64,000 nucleotides of DNA from contig CM052818.1 of assembly GCA_028534125.1 (NCBI GenBank), forward strand, positions 43,092,001 through 43,156,000. The letters are read 5' to 3'. This document shows positions 24,040 to 38,754 of the stretch, piece by piece. This DNA comes from Lama glama (lineage: Eukaryota). The notes below the pieces were generated by a model. That model made no database searches, was not told the DNA's origin, and was given only the letters and a program-made list of their open reading frames with translations. The translations under genes were made by a program, and so were the position numbers. Position 1 is the stretch's first letter, and the number at the start of each line of letters is the position of its first letter.

Positions 24040-25760
24040 TTTGTTCTTGAAGTTGATTCATGATGACAAATGTAATTCAAGTTCCACAGTATAAATACAC
24101 CCTTAAAACAATGGTGCCATTAAAACTTCTCTGTATGTTTTTTTCTTGCATACATGTGGGCATTTTCTAGAATTAAAAGTCTTCATATCATAGGATCAGC
24201 AGATCTTCACCTTTAACTGGTATTGTCAAATACGTCTCCCAAAGGCTCTTAACTCATTTTTCTCCCCAGAAGCATGTGTATGACTTCAGTATCTGAATCT
24301 GTGAAAATATTTAGCATCATCAAACATCGTTCGCTTAAATGCCAGTCTTACGGAGGTAACAGTCTATCTCATTTTACTTTTCATTTACATTTACTGCCAT
24401 AGTCATTTAGATTTTACTAGTTACACACATAGCCATCCAGGAGTTATCATCTTGTGTAGCCATTCCAATTTTTTTGTCCATTTGTGCAGTTGAGATGTTT
24501 GTATTTTTATTATTAGTTGCACTACTAACATAGAAATAAGTTCTTTACGTATTCTGGACAATAACTTTTTGTGGCTGTGTGCATTACAAGTATTTTGTCC
24601 CAGTCTGCCACTTCTCTTTTCAACATTTTCTCCTCCTCCTTCAGTGTCTTTTGAGGCAATGACAGTTTTTATTTTAGTTAAATCAAATATATTAGTCTTT
24701 ACTTTTTTGAATTTTGCTTTTACTATCTTATTTAAGAAACCACAAACTTACTCTTATGCATACACTTTCAAAAGTGTTACACATTTAATTTTTCTTTTAT
24801 ACCTTTAATTCACCTAGAATTGATTTTTTTGGATAAGGTATGAGTCAGGGATGAAATTTTGTTCTCTTTCATTTAGATAGCCAAGTGTTCCAACACCATT
24901 TAACTATTCCTTTCCTAATGGTCTGCAATGTTTCCTATTTTTAAACTCCCTTTCATACGTGATCCTTCCTTAGTGTCTTTTATTCTGCTTCTTTGGTCTA
25001 TTTGTTTATACTGTTCCCACTGCTATACTGGCTTAATAGCTTTATTATAAGTACTTATATCTGATTAGAAAAATTCTTCCACATTATTTTCTGCAAAATT
25101 GTTTTTATTTACTCTTGCCCACTGCTGTTTATATGAATATTTGAAGTAGTTTTTCTAGCTTTATAAGATTTCCTGTTTAAATTTTGAGTGTAATTGCATT
25201 GAGTTTGTATATAAGTTTGGAAAAGATTTTATAAATTTAGGTAGAATTCTGTACGTAATAGTGCAATACTTCCTGTTTCGTAAATTCATATTTATGTGAT
25301 CATTCGCCATTTCTTTAGGTTTTCTTTATTATGTCTTCAGTGTCATTTTTATAGTTTTTTTCATATAACTCCTTTGAGAGAGTTCATCACTCTTCCCAGA
25401 AATTTGCTTACTTTATAAGTATTTTGCAAAAAATATTTTTGGATTTACTGATTCTACCAAATCATTGCCTTCTGCTCTTACATTCATAATTTCCTTTCTT
25501 TTTACAACATTGCCTTTTTTCTAGCTTCTATATTTAGAACGATTTTATATATTAAATATTTTGTTCATTCTTTTGCCTGACTTTTGCTCCTAATGGCTTG
25601 TTTTCATGTTTATGGTTAAATGTTGTTTTATATCGGAAATTCTGTGTAACTTTTGTTGACTAGGTTTCTCTGTAAAAGACTTTGCTTTACTTCTGCTGGG
25701 GACCCAGAAATGTTGCTGTGAAGAACCTTCATTTATTTATTAATGCATCGGCTTCAACTT
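24040..25760 (-). mobile_element. Old L1 (L1ME-like) ORF2 fragments
   Basis: T-rich sequence with 'ggatgaaattttgttc...gatagccaagtgttccaacaccattt' and 'gtaattgcattgagtttgtatataagtttgg', antisense ORF2 landmarks. Confidence 0.65.
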
Positions 25761-26354
25761 CACTAGGCTTCAAAGTAGTATAAATTTGAATTATAATCTT
25801 GTACGAGCAGATACCTACTTATACAAATGTTAAAGAAAGAGCCCTCCTTCCTCCATCCTTTTTTTTTGCATCCATCTGTTGTAACATTTTAAAATTAATA
25901 TCTGCTCCGATAAATGACTATAAGTATATGCTTTAAAGACTCCGGTTTCTCATAGGATTCTTAGTTCTTACGTGTACATGTTAGTTGTCACTAAGGATTG
26001 TAAAACCTGCCAATACGTCAGAGTCATCTACGCCTGCTTATTCCTCTGATTTTCAGTTTATACCTTTTTATATCCTATAGATACTTATATACTGGAGAAC
26101 TTCAGCTGTGTCTTAAATTTTAATGACCTGTCCCTTTTGCAGTGGGGAATTTTTCTATCTAGATTCCATGTTGCCAAAACCCAGCACCCTACACTGACTC
26201 TTTGCACGTGCGTATTTTTTGCTTGCCGAGTGGACCAGCAGGCTGTATTTCTGATGGTGTAAAGGTAGGAAATAATTGGCGTGTCAGATGTAATAATGAG
26301 TATATATGATATTGTTACCATTATCTTCACAGTTACTAGCCCATTTATCTCATT

Positions 26355-29300
26355 GTCTCCCTGTGTGAAATTTAGAATCATTTTGTTGATATCCATGAAG
26401 TTATTTGCTGGGGTTTTGACTGGGATTTTACTGAATCTATGGATCAACTGGGAATAACTGACATCTTGACAATCTTGTCGTTCTATACCTGAACTTCGTA
26501 TATCTCTCCATTTATTTAGGTCTTTCATTTTGTTCATCCGAATTTTATAGTTTTCCTTAAGTAGATCTTACATATGTTTTGCTAGATATACACCTAAGCA
26601 TTTTAATTTGAGGTGTGCTAATGTAAAAGGATATTGTGTTTTTAATTTCAGGTTGAACCTGTCCATTGCTGGTATACAGGAAAGCAACTGACTTTGTATA
26701 TTAGCCTTGTGTCCTGCAGCCTCGCTATGATTACTTATTAGTTCCAGGAGTTAATCCTGTTGATTCGTACAGATTTCTACATAATGATCACATCATCTGT
26801 GAACAAATGCAGCTTTATTTTTTTCTTCCCAATCTGTATACCTTTATTTCCTTTTCTTCTCATTGCATTTTTCAGTATTTCCAGTATGACATTGAAAAGG
26901 AGTAATGAGAGGGGACAACCTTGTCTTGTACCTGATTTTAGAAAAGTTTCAAGTTTCTCATCATTAATATGTTAGCTGAAGTTTTTTTTTTTGGCGGATA
27001 CTCTTTATCAAGTTGAAGATACACTCTTCTATTCCTAGTTTATTTGGAGTTTTTATCAAAAATGGGTGTTGGCTTTTTTCAATTCTTTTTCTCCATCTTT
27101 TGATATGATCATGTGATTAAAAAATTAGCCTGTTGGTTAATGGACTATATTAATAATTTTCAGATATTGAACAAGACTTGCATAGCTGAGATCAATCTCA
27201 CTTGGTTGTACAACTCATTTCATACATTGTTCAACTCTATTTGCTGTATTTTGTTAAGGATCGTTAGAGCTATATTCATGAGAGATACTGAGCTGTAGTC
27301 TCCTTGTACAGTCTGCTTGGTGTTGGTGTTAGGGTAGTGCTGCCACTCCAGAATGTGCTGGGGAGTAGTCCCTCAACTTCTCTCTTCTGAGAGAGATGAT
27401 AGACAACTGGTACCATTTCTTCCTTAAACATTTGGCAGAATCCACCTGTGAACTCATATGGGCATGATGCTTCTTACATTGGGAGTTAAGTAATTACTGA
27501 TTCAATTTCCTTAATAATCATAGGCCAATTCAGATTATCTATTTGTGTGTGTGAGAGGGTGAGTTTTAGCAAATTGTGTCTTTCAAAGGAATTGGTCTAC
27601 TTTGCCTAGGCCATTAAATTTGTTAGCTTAGACTTATTTATAGTACTCCCTTACTATCCTTTAATTTCCATTGGATCTCTAGTGATGTCCCCTCTCTCAT
27701 TTCTAATATTGGTCATTAGTTAGCCTGGCTACAGGTTTATCAATTGCATTGACTTCTTTAAAGAAACATCTTTCATTATCGTTGATTTTCTCTATTGATT
27801 TCCTGTTTCAATTGTATTGATTTCTGCCCTAATACTGATTACTTATTTTCTTCTACTTATTTGGATTTAATTTGCTCTTCTTTTTCTAGTTCCTTACAGT
27901 GTAAACTTAGACAATTGATTTTAGATCTTTCTCCTTTTCTACTGTCTACATTCAATGCTATACATTTCTCTCTTAGCCTTGTTTAGGCTGGATTCCTAAA
28001 ACTTTAATAGGTTGTGTTTTCATTTTTATTTAGTTAAAAATATTATAAATATTTCTCTTGAGATTTCTTCTTTGATCCACATGCTCTTTAGAAGTGTGTT
28101 GTTTAATCTCCACGTATTTTGGGGTTTTCCAGTTACCTTTTTTGTTATTGATTTCTAGTTTTATTCCCCTGTGGTCTGAGAGCAGACATTGTATGATTTC
28201 TAATGTTTTGAATTTGTCAAGGTGTGTTTTTGGCTAAGAACATGGTCTATCCTGGTGAATATTTCAATGTGGTTTGAGAAGAATTTGTATTCTGCTGTTG
28301 GAGAAAGTAATCTTTTATATCCAGTTGACTGAGGTGTTCTTGCATCTGACCGTGTCTGTATTGATTTCTTACCTGCTCTATCTGTCCATTTGTAAAGGAG
28401 AGGTGTTGAAGTCTCCTACTATGGTAGTGGATTCATTTATTTCTCCTTGCAGTTCTGTCATTTTTTGTCTCATGTAGTTTGACACTCTTGTTAGGAGCAT
28501 ACAGCTTAAGAATTGTTATATCTTCTTGGAAATTGACCCCTTAATAAGTATATAATGCCTCTTTTTTCCCCAATAATTTTTATAGCTTTGAATTCTCTGT
28601 CCAAAATTAATACAGCTATGCTGCTGTCTTTTGATTGGTGTTAACATAGAATATTTTTCTTCATCCATGTGTTTTTAATCTTCATATTTAAAGTGGGTTT
28701 CTTGTAGACAACATATAGTTGGATTGCATTTTTTGACCCACTCTGACAATCCTTCTCTTTTAATTGTTGCATTTAGACCACTGACATTCAAAGTTATCAT
28801 TGACATATTTGGATTAATATGTAGCATCTTTGTTAACTTTATTTATTGCCTTTTGTCTTAGTTCCTATTTTTGTCTTTCTTTTTTTGCCTTTACTGTTTT
28901 TAATTGAGCATTTTATGTGATTCCATCTTCTCTCCTTTTGTAGCATATCACTATCACTTCTTTTAAGAACAGCCTTTCTGTGGTTGGCCTCGTGTTTGCA
29001 ATATACATTTGGAACTATCCAAGTCACTTTCAAATAACACTCTTCCATTTCACAAGATGTGTGCGTACTTTATATTAACCAAATAATCCTAGTTTCTTCA
29101 TCTCATCCTCTGTGTCATTGTAGTCATTATTTCACTTATATATGTTATTTTATTTGTATGCAATTATTTTTACTTATTTTATTTATATTTATCCTTATAT
29201 AGTTATTTATTCATATATACTGATACGTCTATTAATACATAACATTTACATAAGCATATACAATCAAATACATACTCATTGTTATTATTTCAAACAATCG

Positions 29301-29998
29301 GTTAGATCAATTAAAAACAAGAAAAATAAAAGTTTTCATTTTACCCACACTTGTTCTTTCTTCATTGTGCCTTTTTTTAAAAAAATTATATCTTATTTTT
29401 CTTTTCCCTTTCTCTTTGATTTTTCTGTAGTTCAAAAATAATATGCCTGGGTTTAGTGTTTGGCACTTTTCTTGCTCTGTGTTCTCTGAGATTCTTGGAT
29501 TCTAGGATTCTTGGTCTGGCATTTGACATTTGGAAAAATCATCAGCTCTTATTGTTTCAAGCATTTCTTCCGTTCTTTCCTTCTTCTCCTCCTGCTATTC
29601 CTGTTACACATATGTTACAGATTTTACAGTTGTCTCTTACTCCTTGAATGTTCCTGCTGTTTTTCCTTTTTTAAGTCTTTGTTCTCTTTGCTTTTCAGAT
29701 TTGGAGGTTTCTACTGATATTTTCTCAGGCTCAGAGAGTCTTTCTTTAGCTATGTCTAATCTACCAGTAAGCCCTTCCAATGCGTTCTTCATTTCTGCTA
29801 CAGTGTTCGTTGTTTCTAACATTTCTTTTTCCTAAGGAAGATATCCATATCTCTGATTACATTGCCCATCCACTCTTGTTTGCTGTCTACTTTACTGGTG
29901 TAGCCCTTTACGTATTATTCCTAGTTGTTCTAAATCCCAGATCTGATAATTCCAATATCCCTTCCATGTCTAGTTCTGATGTTTGGTTTGTCTCTTCA

Positions 29999-30030
<32 letters not shown>

Positions 30031-30530
30031 CTTTTGGTAGATTTGTAATTTTTTCTATCAAGAAGCATGAGATACTGCCTAAAAGCAACTGTGGTGAGAA
30101 TAATGTGGTGGTAAGTTTTGGGGGAGGGGAGGAGTTCTATAGACTTATGCTGAGTCTTTTAGTGAGCCTATAACTCTGGACTGTGAACTTCATGAAGTTT
30201 CTGGTTTTTCCTCACTACCTTAGTTGAGATAGTGGATTTTTCTCCCGTATTTATTCTCAGAACCTGTTTGAGCTCCCAGAGGTTAATGCTCATAAGACTC
30301 TGGATACACCCTGAAACTGAGTCTTCCTCGAGCCTTTAACTGTCAGAGTTGTCCACTCTGAGCCTCTGGCAACTCATTAATTACAGTTCAGGTTTTCTTA
30401 CTCCCCCAGTGGTCCCCACTGAAGTTTCCACGCATGCCTCTCTGCTCCAGTAACCATGACTCCCTTTATGTGCCTGTCTCTCTCCCCAGTTTGGGGGGAC
30501 ATAGTTTGCCTTGTGTCCTCACTTTTCTTA
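26355..30530 (-). mobile_element. Large decayed L1 (L1M/L1MC/MD-type) with ORF2, inter-ORF, ORF1 and 5' region remnants
   Basis: Minus-strand translations give ORF2-like 'KDLNKWRDI...LIHRFSKIPVKTP...DINKMILNF' (~26370-26530) and an ORF1 coiled-coil 'NTVAEMKNALEGLTGRLDIAKERLSE' (29637-29822). Many stops and frameshifts. Confidence 0.9.
30002..30029. repeat. (TG)14 microsatellite
   Basis: Read directly. Confidence 0.97.
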
Positions 30531-31299
30531 CAGGTCCTAGAAGAATTGTTTTTAGGAGGGAGTGGTGAATTCCTACCACGTGGAACCAGAAACACTGAAT
30601 GCTCATTTTTAAAATTAGAAGAAAAGCAAGTACGTTAAATATACTATATATGAGTTTCAAATTTTAGATGTTAGTACATAAGTTTTCTTCCTCAGTGTTT
30701 TTTATACTATTATTCCTATAAGCTTGACAGTTTTATTATTTTTCTATATATTATTTTGCTATTATGGGAGGATTTTCTTTTTCATGTTTGTGTGTCAAAA
30801 TATTGTTTAGGAATACAATGGAAACTGGTAAATCGAAGTAGCGGAAGTTAAAACGCTCCATGGATTATTGACTTAGACTCAATTTTTCCACTTGCTGAGT
30901 AGACAAAGAATATACTTCCTTTAGAAAAAAATCAAAGACTAATATGATCTGAAAGTTTACCTTAAGGAACAAAGGAGTCTGATCATTTAAAAGACAATTT
31001 TTAGAATTAAGGACCAGAACTGAAACAAATATTCGACAGTCATGACAAGCTGATTCGACATATTAAGCTTAAAAATAGGAGTTATGTTGGCGTATTTGTG
31101 ATTAGTGTTCACTTTCCAAGAAAATAACTACTTTACTAGAATAGAGTAAATGTGAAAAACAAAACAAAACAAAAACCAATAATGCACTTAAAATTGTGAA
31201 CCATGGAGGTCAATGCAACACAATGGATAATATAGATAGAGCAAGAAGTTTTGAAATGCTTAGTCAATGAAACAAGAAGATGATTGGATTAATAGCATT

Positions 31300-32550
31300 G
31301 AAAGGGTCAGTACTCTCATTTTTTTCTTGGGCTCACACACCAGTTAAGTTTTTGTCATCACAACTCCAATCAAAACCCCTTTTTGAATGTCACCAGTTTC
31401 TTCCAGATTACCAAATACAACAGTGATTTTTAATTTTATTAGAACCACTGGCAGTACTGAATTATGCCCTCTTGAAACATTTTTGTTTCCTTTGGCTCCT
31501 GGATGCCATTCTCATACCTTCTTTCAGTTACCTTCAAATGCTGATCTTTCCCCACACATTCATCCAGCCCATTTGCTATCAGTTGAACCTATATTCTCAT
31601 GATGTTCAAATTATGTCTCCAAGACCAACGTTTCCCAGAGATTTAGACCCTAAGAAAACTGCCTAATTGGCATTAATTAACATAATGTGTCCCAAACTGC
31701 ACCTTCAGCCTAAAACTTGCTTCTCTAATTCCCCCAATTGTAATGGTAGTTAGCCACAACTCCCATCTTCCAGCAACTCTATTCAAAAAAAGCTGGAGAT
31801 ATTCTTGATTTCTCCCTTTTCCTCACATTTTACACACAATCTTTCAACAATCTTGTTGTCTAACTTCAAAAATAGCTCCTGAAGCTGACCAGCTCTGACC
31901 ACTCCCCCTGTCTCACCTGAGCACATTGTCTCTCCTTTTCTCGGGCAGTAGCCCATACTGATTCAGTCTCTTTCCTCAACTCCATTTCTTTGTCACGAAA
32001 TCAAAGGAACTCTTTTAAGATGTAAGTCACATCATGTCACTGCTCAAAGCTCCAGGGGCATGACATCTTAGTCAGAGTAAAGTTTCAGGCTTTTGACGTA
32101 GCCTTTGGGACTCACATAACATCGTGTCTTCTTTGACATTATCTCCCACCACTTTTCCTTTTGTGCACATCCCTCTGCCACACTAGGCTCCTTGTGGGTT
32201 CTCCATAATTCAAGCATAATTCGTGTTGTGCATGCCTCAGTTGCCCTATTGGTGTAAATGTTCCCTTAGCAGTGAGATCGTCCGTAACAACCCAGTGTAA
32301 CAGTGTGCTCAGGCACACATTTCCTCCCGTTTTATTCTTTCCACTTCGCCTGAGTTATTCTGCTTCCCTTCTGTTCTCTTACCATCTGATGTGTAATGAT
32401 TTGATCCTTTATTGTCTGTTTTTCCCCCACTAGACTGAAAGTACACATGAAAACAGTAGCTGTGAGTATCTTCAGTGCTTGGAACAGCATCTGACACCAT
32501 GGTAGGCATTCATTACATATTCTTAAATACATGGTTGAATATATGAATAC
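31300..32550 (+). mobile_element. Long L2 fragment including 3' end
   Basis: 'gatgtaagtcacatcatgtcactgctcaaagctcc', 'ccccactagactgaaagtacacatgaaaacag' and 'cagtgcttggaacagcatctgacaccatggtaggcattca' are L2a/b landmarks. Confidence 0.8.
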
Positions 32551-33002
32551 ATATTTACATATTTTCTGTGTACAGTAGAAGCCATGAGTCAGGAAATGCT
32601 TTCATCCCTATACACAATATACTCCTGTCAGTGAAATTTGTAAGATTTATCATTTAGCTTTTATATCGAATAATAACCCATGTGCATCATGAAGTGCATT
32701 TGTGTTTTATCTGAACTGAAATTTTTGTTTTGTCCTGTTTGGTTTTCCTTTCAGACACAGCAGTTCTTATAAATGATCACATGACACTTTAATGTGGCTA
32801 TTAGAGAATTTAAAGTCATTCATGCGCTACCTTTGTACTGCAAGGATTTTTATGACACCCATTTATTTGCATTATGTTTGCATTTAGCCTTACTTGATAT
32901 CGCTACCAGTCTTTCCCTTTATTTCAATATCCTAAAATGTCTATTTTTTATTGCATTGTATTTCTACCTGCCGTCCAAACATCAAAACTAGGAAGAGGTA
33001 GA

Positions 33003-33030
33003 GCGCGCACACACACACACACACACACGC
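33003..33030. repeat. (GC)n(AC)n microsatellite
   Basis: Read directly. Confidence 0.9.
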
Positions 33031-35668
33031 CCGAACATAAAGACAGAGTTTATAGATACGTATCACAGTGGCAGTATGTGAAGTATAAATGCATCATCTT
33101 TTATTTGTAATTTATAAATCTGTTAAAATTATGTGAAGTGTCAACCGGGAGGATACATAGTCTAAACATATGTCTAACCTTTATAATCAACTAGAGAGTT
33201 AGATCTGTACAGTGAATAGAATGACTGTTTTGAAATGTTCTGACTTTAAGTTAAACATAAATATTTTAATAGACTCTACCATCCACTTTTCCACTCCTCT
33301 AAATAGGATCTTATTCTTAACAGTTCTACCATAAGTTGCTGGCATGTCTTCTCTTCCAGTGTGTGAGCTTCTTAAAGATGAGACTGCGTTTCATTCATTG
33401 TCATAACCCAGTTATGGCCACTGCAGTATTCCGTTATCTAATACACACTTCTAAATAAATGAACTTCACAAGAAAGCAGATAATTTCCAATTTTCCAGGT
33501 TATTTTTATAGCCTAATGAGTAAATGATTTGATTAAATTATACTTGTAAAGTAGGCCTTATGAACATAACAATTAAATGATGGGACAAACCACAAACTTT
33601 TCCATCAGAAAGTGAAGCAATGGCCCTGATGTAATTCTAACAGGAAGCCCCTTTTGGATGCAAGCATCAATCTATCTCAAAGTGTGACTTTTGTATGAAT
33701 TGAGGTCAGAAAATCTGATCAGTGAGATGGCACTTCTTCAAAATTTCTCTATAAATAAAGGAGATTGTGTGATTATGTTTAGTGGAAAAGGTGTAGACAT
33801 GATAAAATTCTTCAGCAGACGTATTTGAATAAATATTTATCATTTTATGGAAAGCAAACAAGAAAAAATGGAGAATGAAATTCAGTGGTTGTTTTTTGTT
33901 GTTGTTTGTTCATTTGTTTGTTTGAAAAAGATGTTTTGGCACCCCATAAAGGACATCTAAATGCACACAAATGATACATTTAAAGAGTTAAGTTATATCC
34001 TTATAACAGATATGGATGGAATTTCTTGAAAATCTATGTTGAAAGAAAGAACAGAGGTCATATTAGCTCGAGTCAAAACTTTCTGCATATTGACTTCGAG
34101 TATTTCCAGTGAATCATGTATAAAATAAGCCTGTTAGAAATTCTAATGAAATGTATGCCAGATTAAAGTAATCTTCTGCCAATTTTTGTTCTTCCAATAT
34201 TTTAAGAAGAAGGAAGAGAGGCATGTTGAAAATATATAGATTTCTCACTCAGCAATATTTCTTTTTCTATGCATATCAGTTAGTGGAAATGCAGAGATTC
34301 TATTTCATGATTTATTTATAGATTTTTGCCTCACACACTTTGACACAGCACTACAATTGTTCTAATGAAGGTTTCCATTGTCAGCATGACTCCTTTAAGA
34401 AATCTGCGAATTTCACGAGAGAACAAAAAGAAATAGGGCTGTCTCCCATTGTCATTTTCTAAGCTTGGATATTTAGTTACACTTTTATACATGCTGAATG
34501 CTAATCTGAAGATGCAATGGTTTGCAGAAATATTAATGTTTTCTAAGGATATTGGTCTATAGGATATTTTTTTCTCTTAACTCTATGGGGCCGATTCAAT
34601 TCCTTTTGGCTCATTTCTCCCTATTCTTCTCTCTTTATTTGACTGCCTATTTGAGTGTCTACCTGACATAGGATCATAAAATCTAACCATTCAGTAGGAA
34701 ACTTAGAGAACATTTAGTCAACTGCCATATATTAAGTGCATGCTCTCCTTAAGGATTTTTTAAAAAAATTTCAGCTCATCATAAGAATTATTGTTAACAA
34801 CTGTTACGTTAATGAGAGCAAGTTTATTCATTTATTCACTCTTTAACAGATAATTACTGAGCGCCTATAAACTGCCAGGTACTGAGTTTGGTGCTATAGA
34901 AGATAAAGAGCTGAATTAAATATGAACCCTGACAGTTTACTGCCTCTTTTCCATCTATATTGCAGAGGGCTTTGGTCTAGTGAAAAAATTTAATTTTGCT
35001 TTTGAAATCTAGTTTTAGTTTCCATCAAACATTAATGTCTCCATATATAAAATCATGTGTAAATATGTAGAGCTATTAAATTAAAGATCTATAAATGCAG
35101 ATATTTTACAAGATAGACACATTCTATTGATCCCTATTAAAGTTTAAAATCTCTATATACATTTTGTAATTCTCCTTAACAGGCAAATTTCTCTATCTTC
35201 CTTACTAGATTGAATTTAATCTACTTTTCACCTGAGGATATTTTTCATGCATTGGAGGAATAGGAATGGGTGGCTTTGGTTTGTATTAATGCATAGTACT
35301 CTTTAGAACAACAGATTTTAAGTTGCATTTATACATTATTTTCATACAGTTTTATATAAAAGATCAGTGATCAGTGCTTATATATATAACACTATTCCTC
35401 TGAGAACTCTGAGTCTTTTCACACCCACAGCATCATTTAACTTCTAAAGCTTGTAGATCTATTATTCTAATTTTAGAGAGAAGGAGAAACAGAAATAGAT
35501 ACAGGTGAAGTGAATTGCTGTAGGTTAACCAGTAAGCAATGTACCCAGAAATCATGAGTCTCAACTTCTGCTAAGTGCACTGGGTGCTTCATTATCTATT
35601 GAAGAAACAATGATCTACAGTGCTTTTATCTGTCAATCAAATGCCTTTTGAAACTGAAAGACTAAAGG

Positions 35669-36448
35669 TCTGCATATTAATCCCAAACTCCTAATTTATT
35701 CCCCTCACTTTCCCTTTTGGTTACCGTAAGTTTGTTTTCTATGTCTGTGAATCTATTTCTGATTTATAAATATGTTCATTTGTATCATTTTTAATAGATT
35801 CCTTATATAAGTGATATCATAATATTTGCCTTTCTCTTTCTGACTTACTACACTTAATATGATAATCTCAAAGTCCATCCATGTTGCTTGCTGCAAATGG
35901 CATTATTTTATCCTTTTTTGTGGCAGAGTAATATTTTATTGTATAAATGTACCACATCTTCTTTATCCAGTTATCTGTCAATGGATGCTTAGGTTGCTTC
36001 CATGTCTTGGCTACTGTAAATAGTGCTGCAGTGACCATTGGGGTGTGCACATCTTTTCAAATTAGAGTTTTCTCTGAATATATGCCCAGGAGTGGGACTG
36101 CTGGGTCATACAATAACTCTGTGTTTAGTTCTTTAAGGAATCTCCATACTGTTCTCCATAGCGGCTGCACCAATTTACATTCCCATCAACAGTGTTGGAG
36201 AGTTCCTCTTCTCACACCCTCTCCAGCATTTATTATTTGTAGACTTTTGGATGATAGCCATTTTGACTAGTGTGAGGTGATACCTCATTGTAGTTTTGAT
36301 TTGCATTTCTCTAATAATGAGTGATACGGAGCATTTTTTATGTGCCTGTTTGCCATCTGTAATGTCTTCTTTGGAGAAATGTCTGCTTTGGTCTTCTACT
36401 TATTTTTTGATTGAGTTGTTTATTTTTTATTTTTTTTGATATTAAGCT
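35669..36448 (-). mobile_element. Cetartiodactyl/camelid L1 fragment (ORF2 C-terminus plus partial 3' UTR)
   Basis: ORF 35868-36050 '[53 protein letters not shown]' is the L1 ORF2 C-terminus. Confidence 0.93.
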
Positions 36449-37599
36449 TCTAAGTTTACACTATGGGGAAGGAAGGTATTCTCTGCGAGTCAGAAGTCTC
36501 CTCACTAAGGATTCTCCTGCGGCTCAGTGATGACTTTTTGGAACTAGTTTATTCAGACACAAGTTATTAGGAGCAACGTCTGGGCAAACTGCACTTAGCT
36601 ACTGTGATACTGAGATCATAAGAGATATATTTACTTATTAAGAATAAAAAAGTTTCCACAAATTACTGAGTTCTTCATCATAAAGTGTCCTGCTGGATGG
36701 CATAAATGAAAAAAGAAATTAACCAACAAATTAACTAAATTCAGATTCAAAGCTCTGATTCAAAAGAGCATTTAATAAACATTTAATTTTTTTAATAGCA
36801 ACTCATTGATTTTTTTTTTCTGAATAAGATTAAGGAGTAATTTTAAAAGGATAAAATTAACCTAACAAATAAGAAACTTCTTTTTACTCATTTAAGTTAT
36901 TATATAAACTATGTAGCAAAAACCATATTGGAAATCAAACTGTTAAAAATTCAACTAGAACCTCTCTGTTCTATTATAGCACATAATTTTTAACTTTCTT
37001 ATAATTGCAATCTTTAAAGACCAGAGTAAAAATATTTAGCACTTATTATCTCTAAATATTTCTACCATGTGAGAAGAAAGCTATATTATACTGAACACCA
37101 AGAGAAAATGTACACAGCCAGACTCTATGCCTGGCAGAGTTACCTCTGCAATTCATGTAATTTCCAAACTATAAGTTGGTGATTATTATCCCCACTTAGC
37201 AGAATAACACAGAAGCCTAGAGCAATGAACTAGTTCCACTGAAATCTCAAAATTAGCAAGTGGTAAAGCCAGGGTTCAACTCTCTAAAACATTACCTGCT
37301 CCAACTGCCACATTGCTAATTTCTGCTGGGCATAAAGAAACAAGGAGTTACTCAGAGGTCAGAGATTCAAACTCAACCAAGCAGAGATCCTTCCTGGAGC
37401 CCAGTGTTCCACTTGGGAAATAATGAAGCTTCTTAATTGACAGATTCGTTTTCCATGAGAGTAATAATTACCTGTTATGGCAACTGCTTACGTTAAGATA
37501 TCTCTTATGTTAATCAACATGTTATCATTTCTTTTATTATTATTATTAATTATTGTTGTTGTTATTATTATTATTTCTAATCTAAGTAAGGGTGTTGAA

Positions 37600-37830
37600 T
37601 TGCTCCGTGTGAAGTCCAGCAGTTTCAAGGGCAGACTCTGGAGTCCAATTTTCTAAGTTTACCCAGCTCTGCCATTTATTCTCTGAAACTGGGCAAGTTT
37701 GTATTCTCTTTGTGCCTTGGTTTCTGAACTGCCAATTAAAGATTAGAATAGTATCTACTTTTTAGTATTGTTACGAGAATTTAATGAATTTATAAATGAA
37801 AGGCTCTCAGAACAATGCTCTTCATATTTT
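37600..37830 (+). mobile_element. MIR SINE
   Basis: 'gcagactctggagtcc...cccagctctgccattta...ctgggcaagtt...ctttgtgccttggtttc'. Confidence 0.75.
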
Positions 37831-38754
37831 AAGTCAAATACTGACTTCCAATTTTATGGTTATAAGTAGTTATAACAAAAATGTAATGTAGACAAATGTG
37901 TATCCACATTGATACTTTTCTAACTCCAGGATTTGTAAGAAAATCTATGGGTAATATTCATATTCAATCCCAGTTGTAAAGTTAAAAACCATTTTTTTTT
38001 CATTGTCAGAAATGTTTGGGAAGACAATCCCCTTGCTTATGATTTGCTTGCTGTTACTGCAGTCCTTAAAGTTTCATCTAGTGCATAGAAATTATCCATT
38101 ATTTACACATTGTTACTAAATTAGTTAATTGACCATGACTTGTAATTAAATCTGAGGTGGATATTAAATTATTCATGCTGTAAATAAATTAATGCTCAGA
38201 GATTTTGCTTTCATCTTTGGAATATTTGATTAGTACCACTTTATTCTGTTAACTTACCCATTTTCATTTCTAATGGACCATAATTTTCACAGATGGGAAC
38301 TCTGAAACTATAAAAAGTTGGTGTGACTAATTTGAGTTTACTCTGCTTTGTCTTGAAAATCTTTTCAGTTGTTCTTTCTAAACTTTCTAATTGTACCTGA
38401 CAGCCTGATGCAGTGTATGTCTTTGAAGTGTGGCTTCAATGCAATGGGGCTGCCTTTCTGACAAATGCATCAAAATTTTAGCATCAAAATGAACTTTGTG
38501 TGTCAAAATTGTTTCCTTGTGAGATTATAAATAATTCTATCAAATTATGGCCAAATTACAATGGCTGATGTGAGATGAAATATAACAAATGTAATATAAT
38601 GTAGATAGCAGATAATGATGGGCACAGATCGTGGCTTCATATATGTATTAATTTACAGTGTCATCCTTGTGTCTTTAAAACCCTGTGTATGCACCCCCCC
38701 CCACATACACACTGTAGGCAAATTATTTAAAAGAGCCAGTCTCAGAAACTGTTC

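Noticed and set aside
26085..26537. 150-aa ORF with L1 ORF2 similarity
   Set aside because: Decayed, frameshifted retrotransposon remnant running into flank; not a gene.
32721..32800. Strong-looking plus-strand acceptor (ttttcctttcag, AG at 32753-32754)
   Set aside because: Stops in all three frames shortly after and no good donor nearby; only a non-coding exon remains possible.
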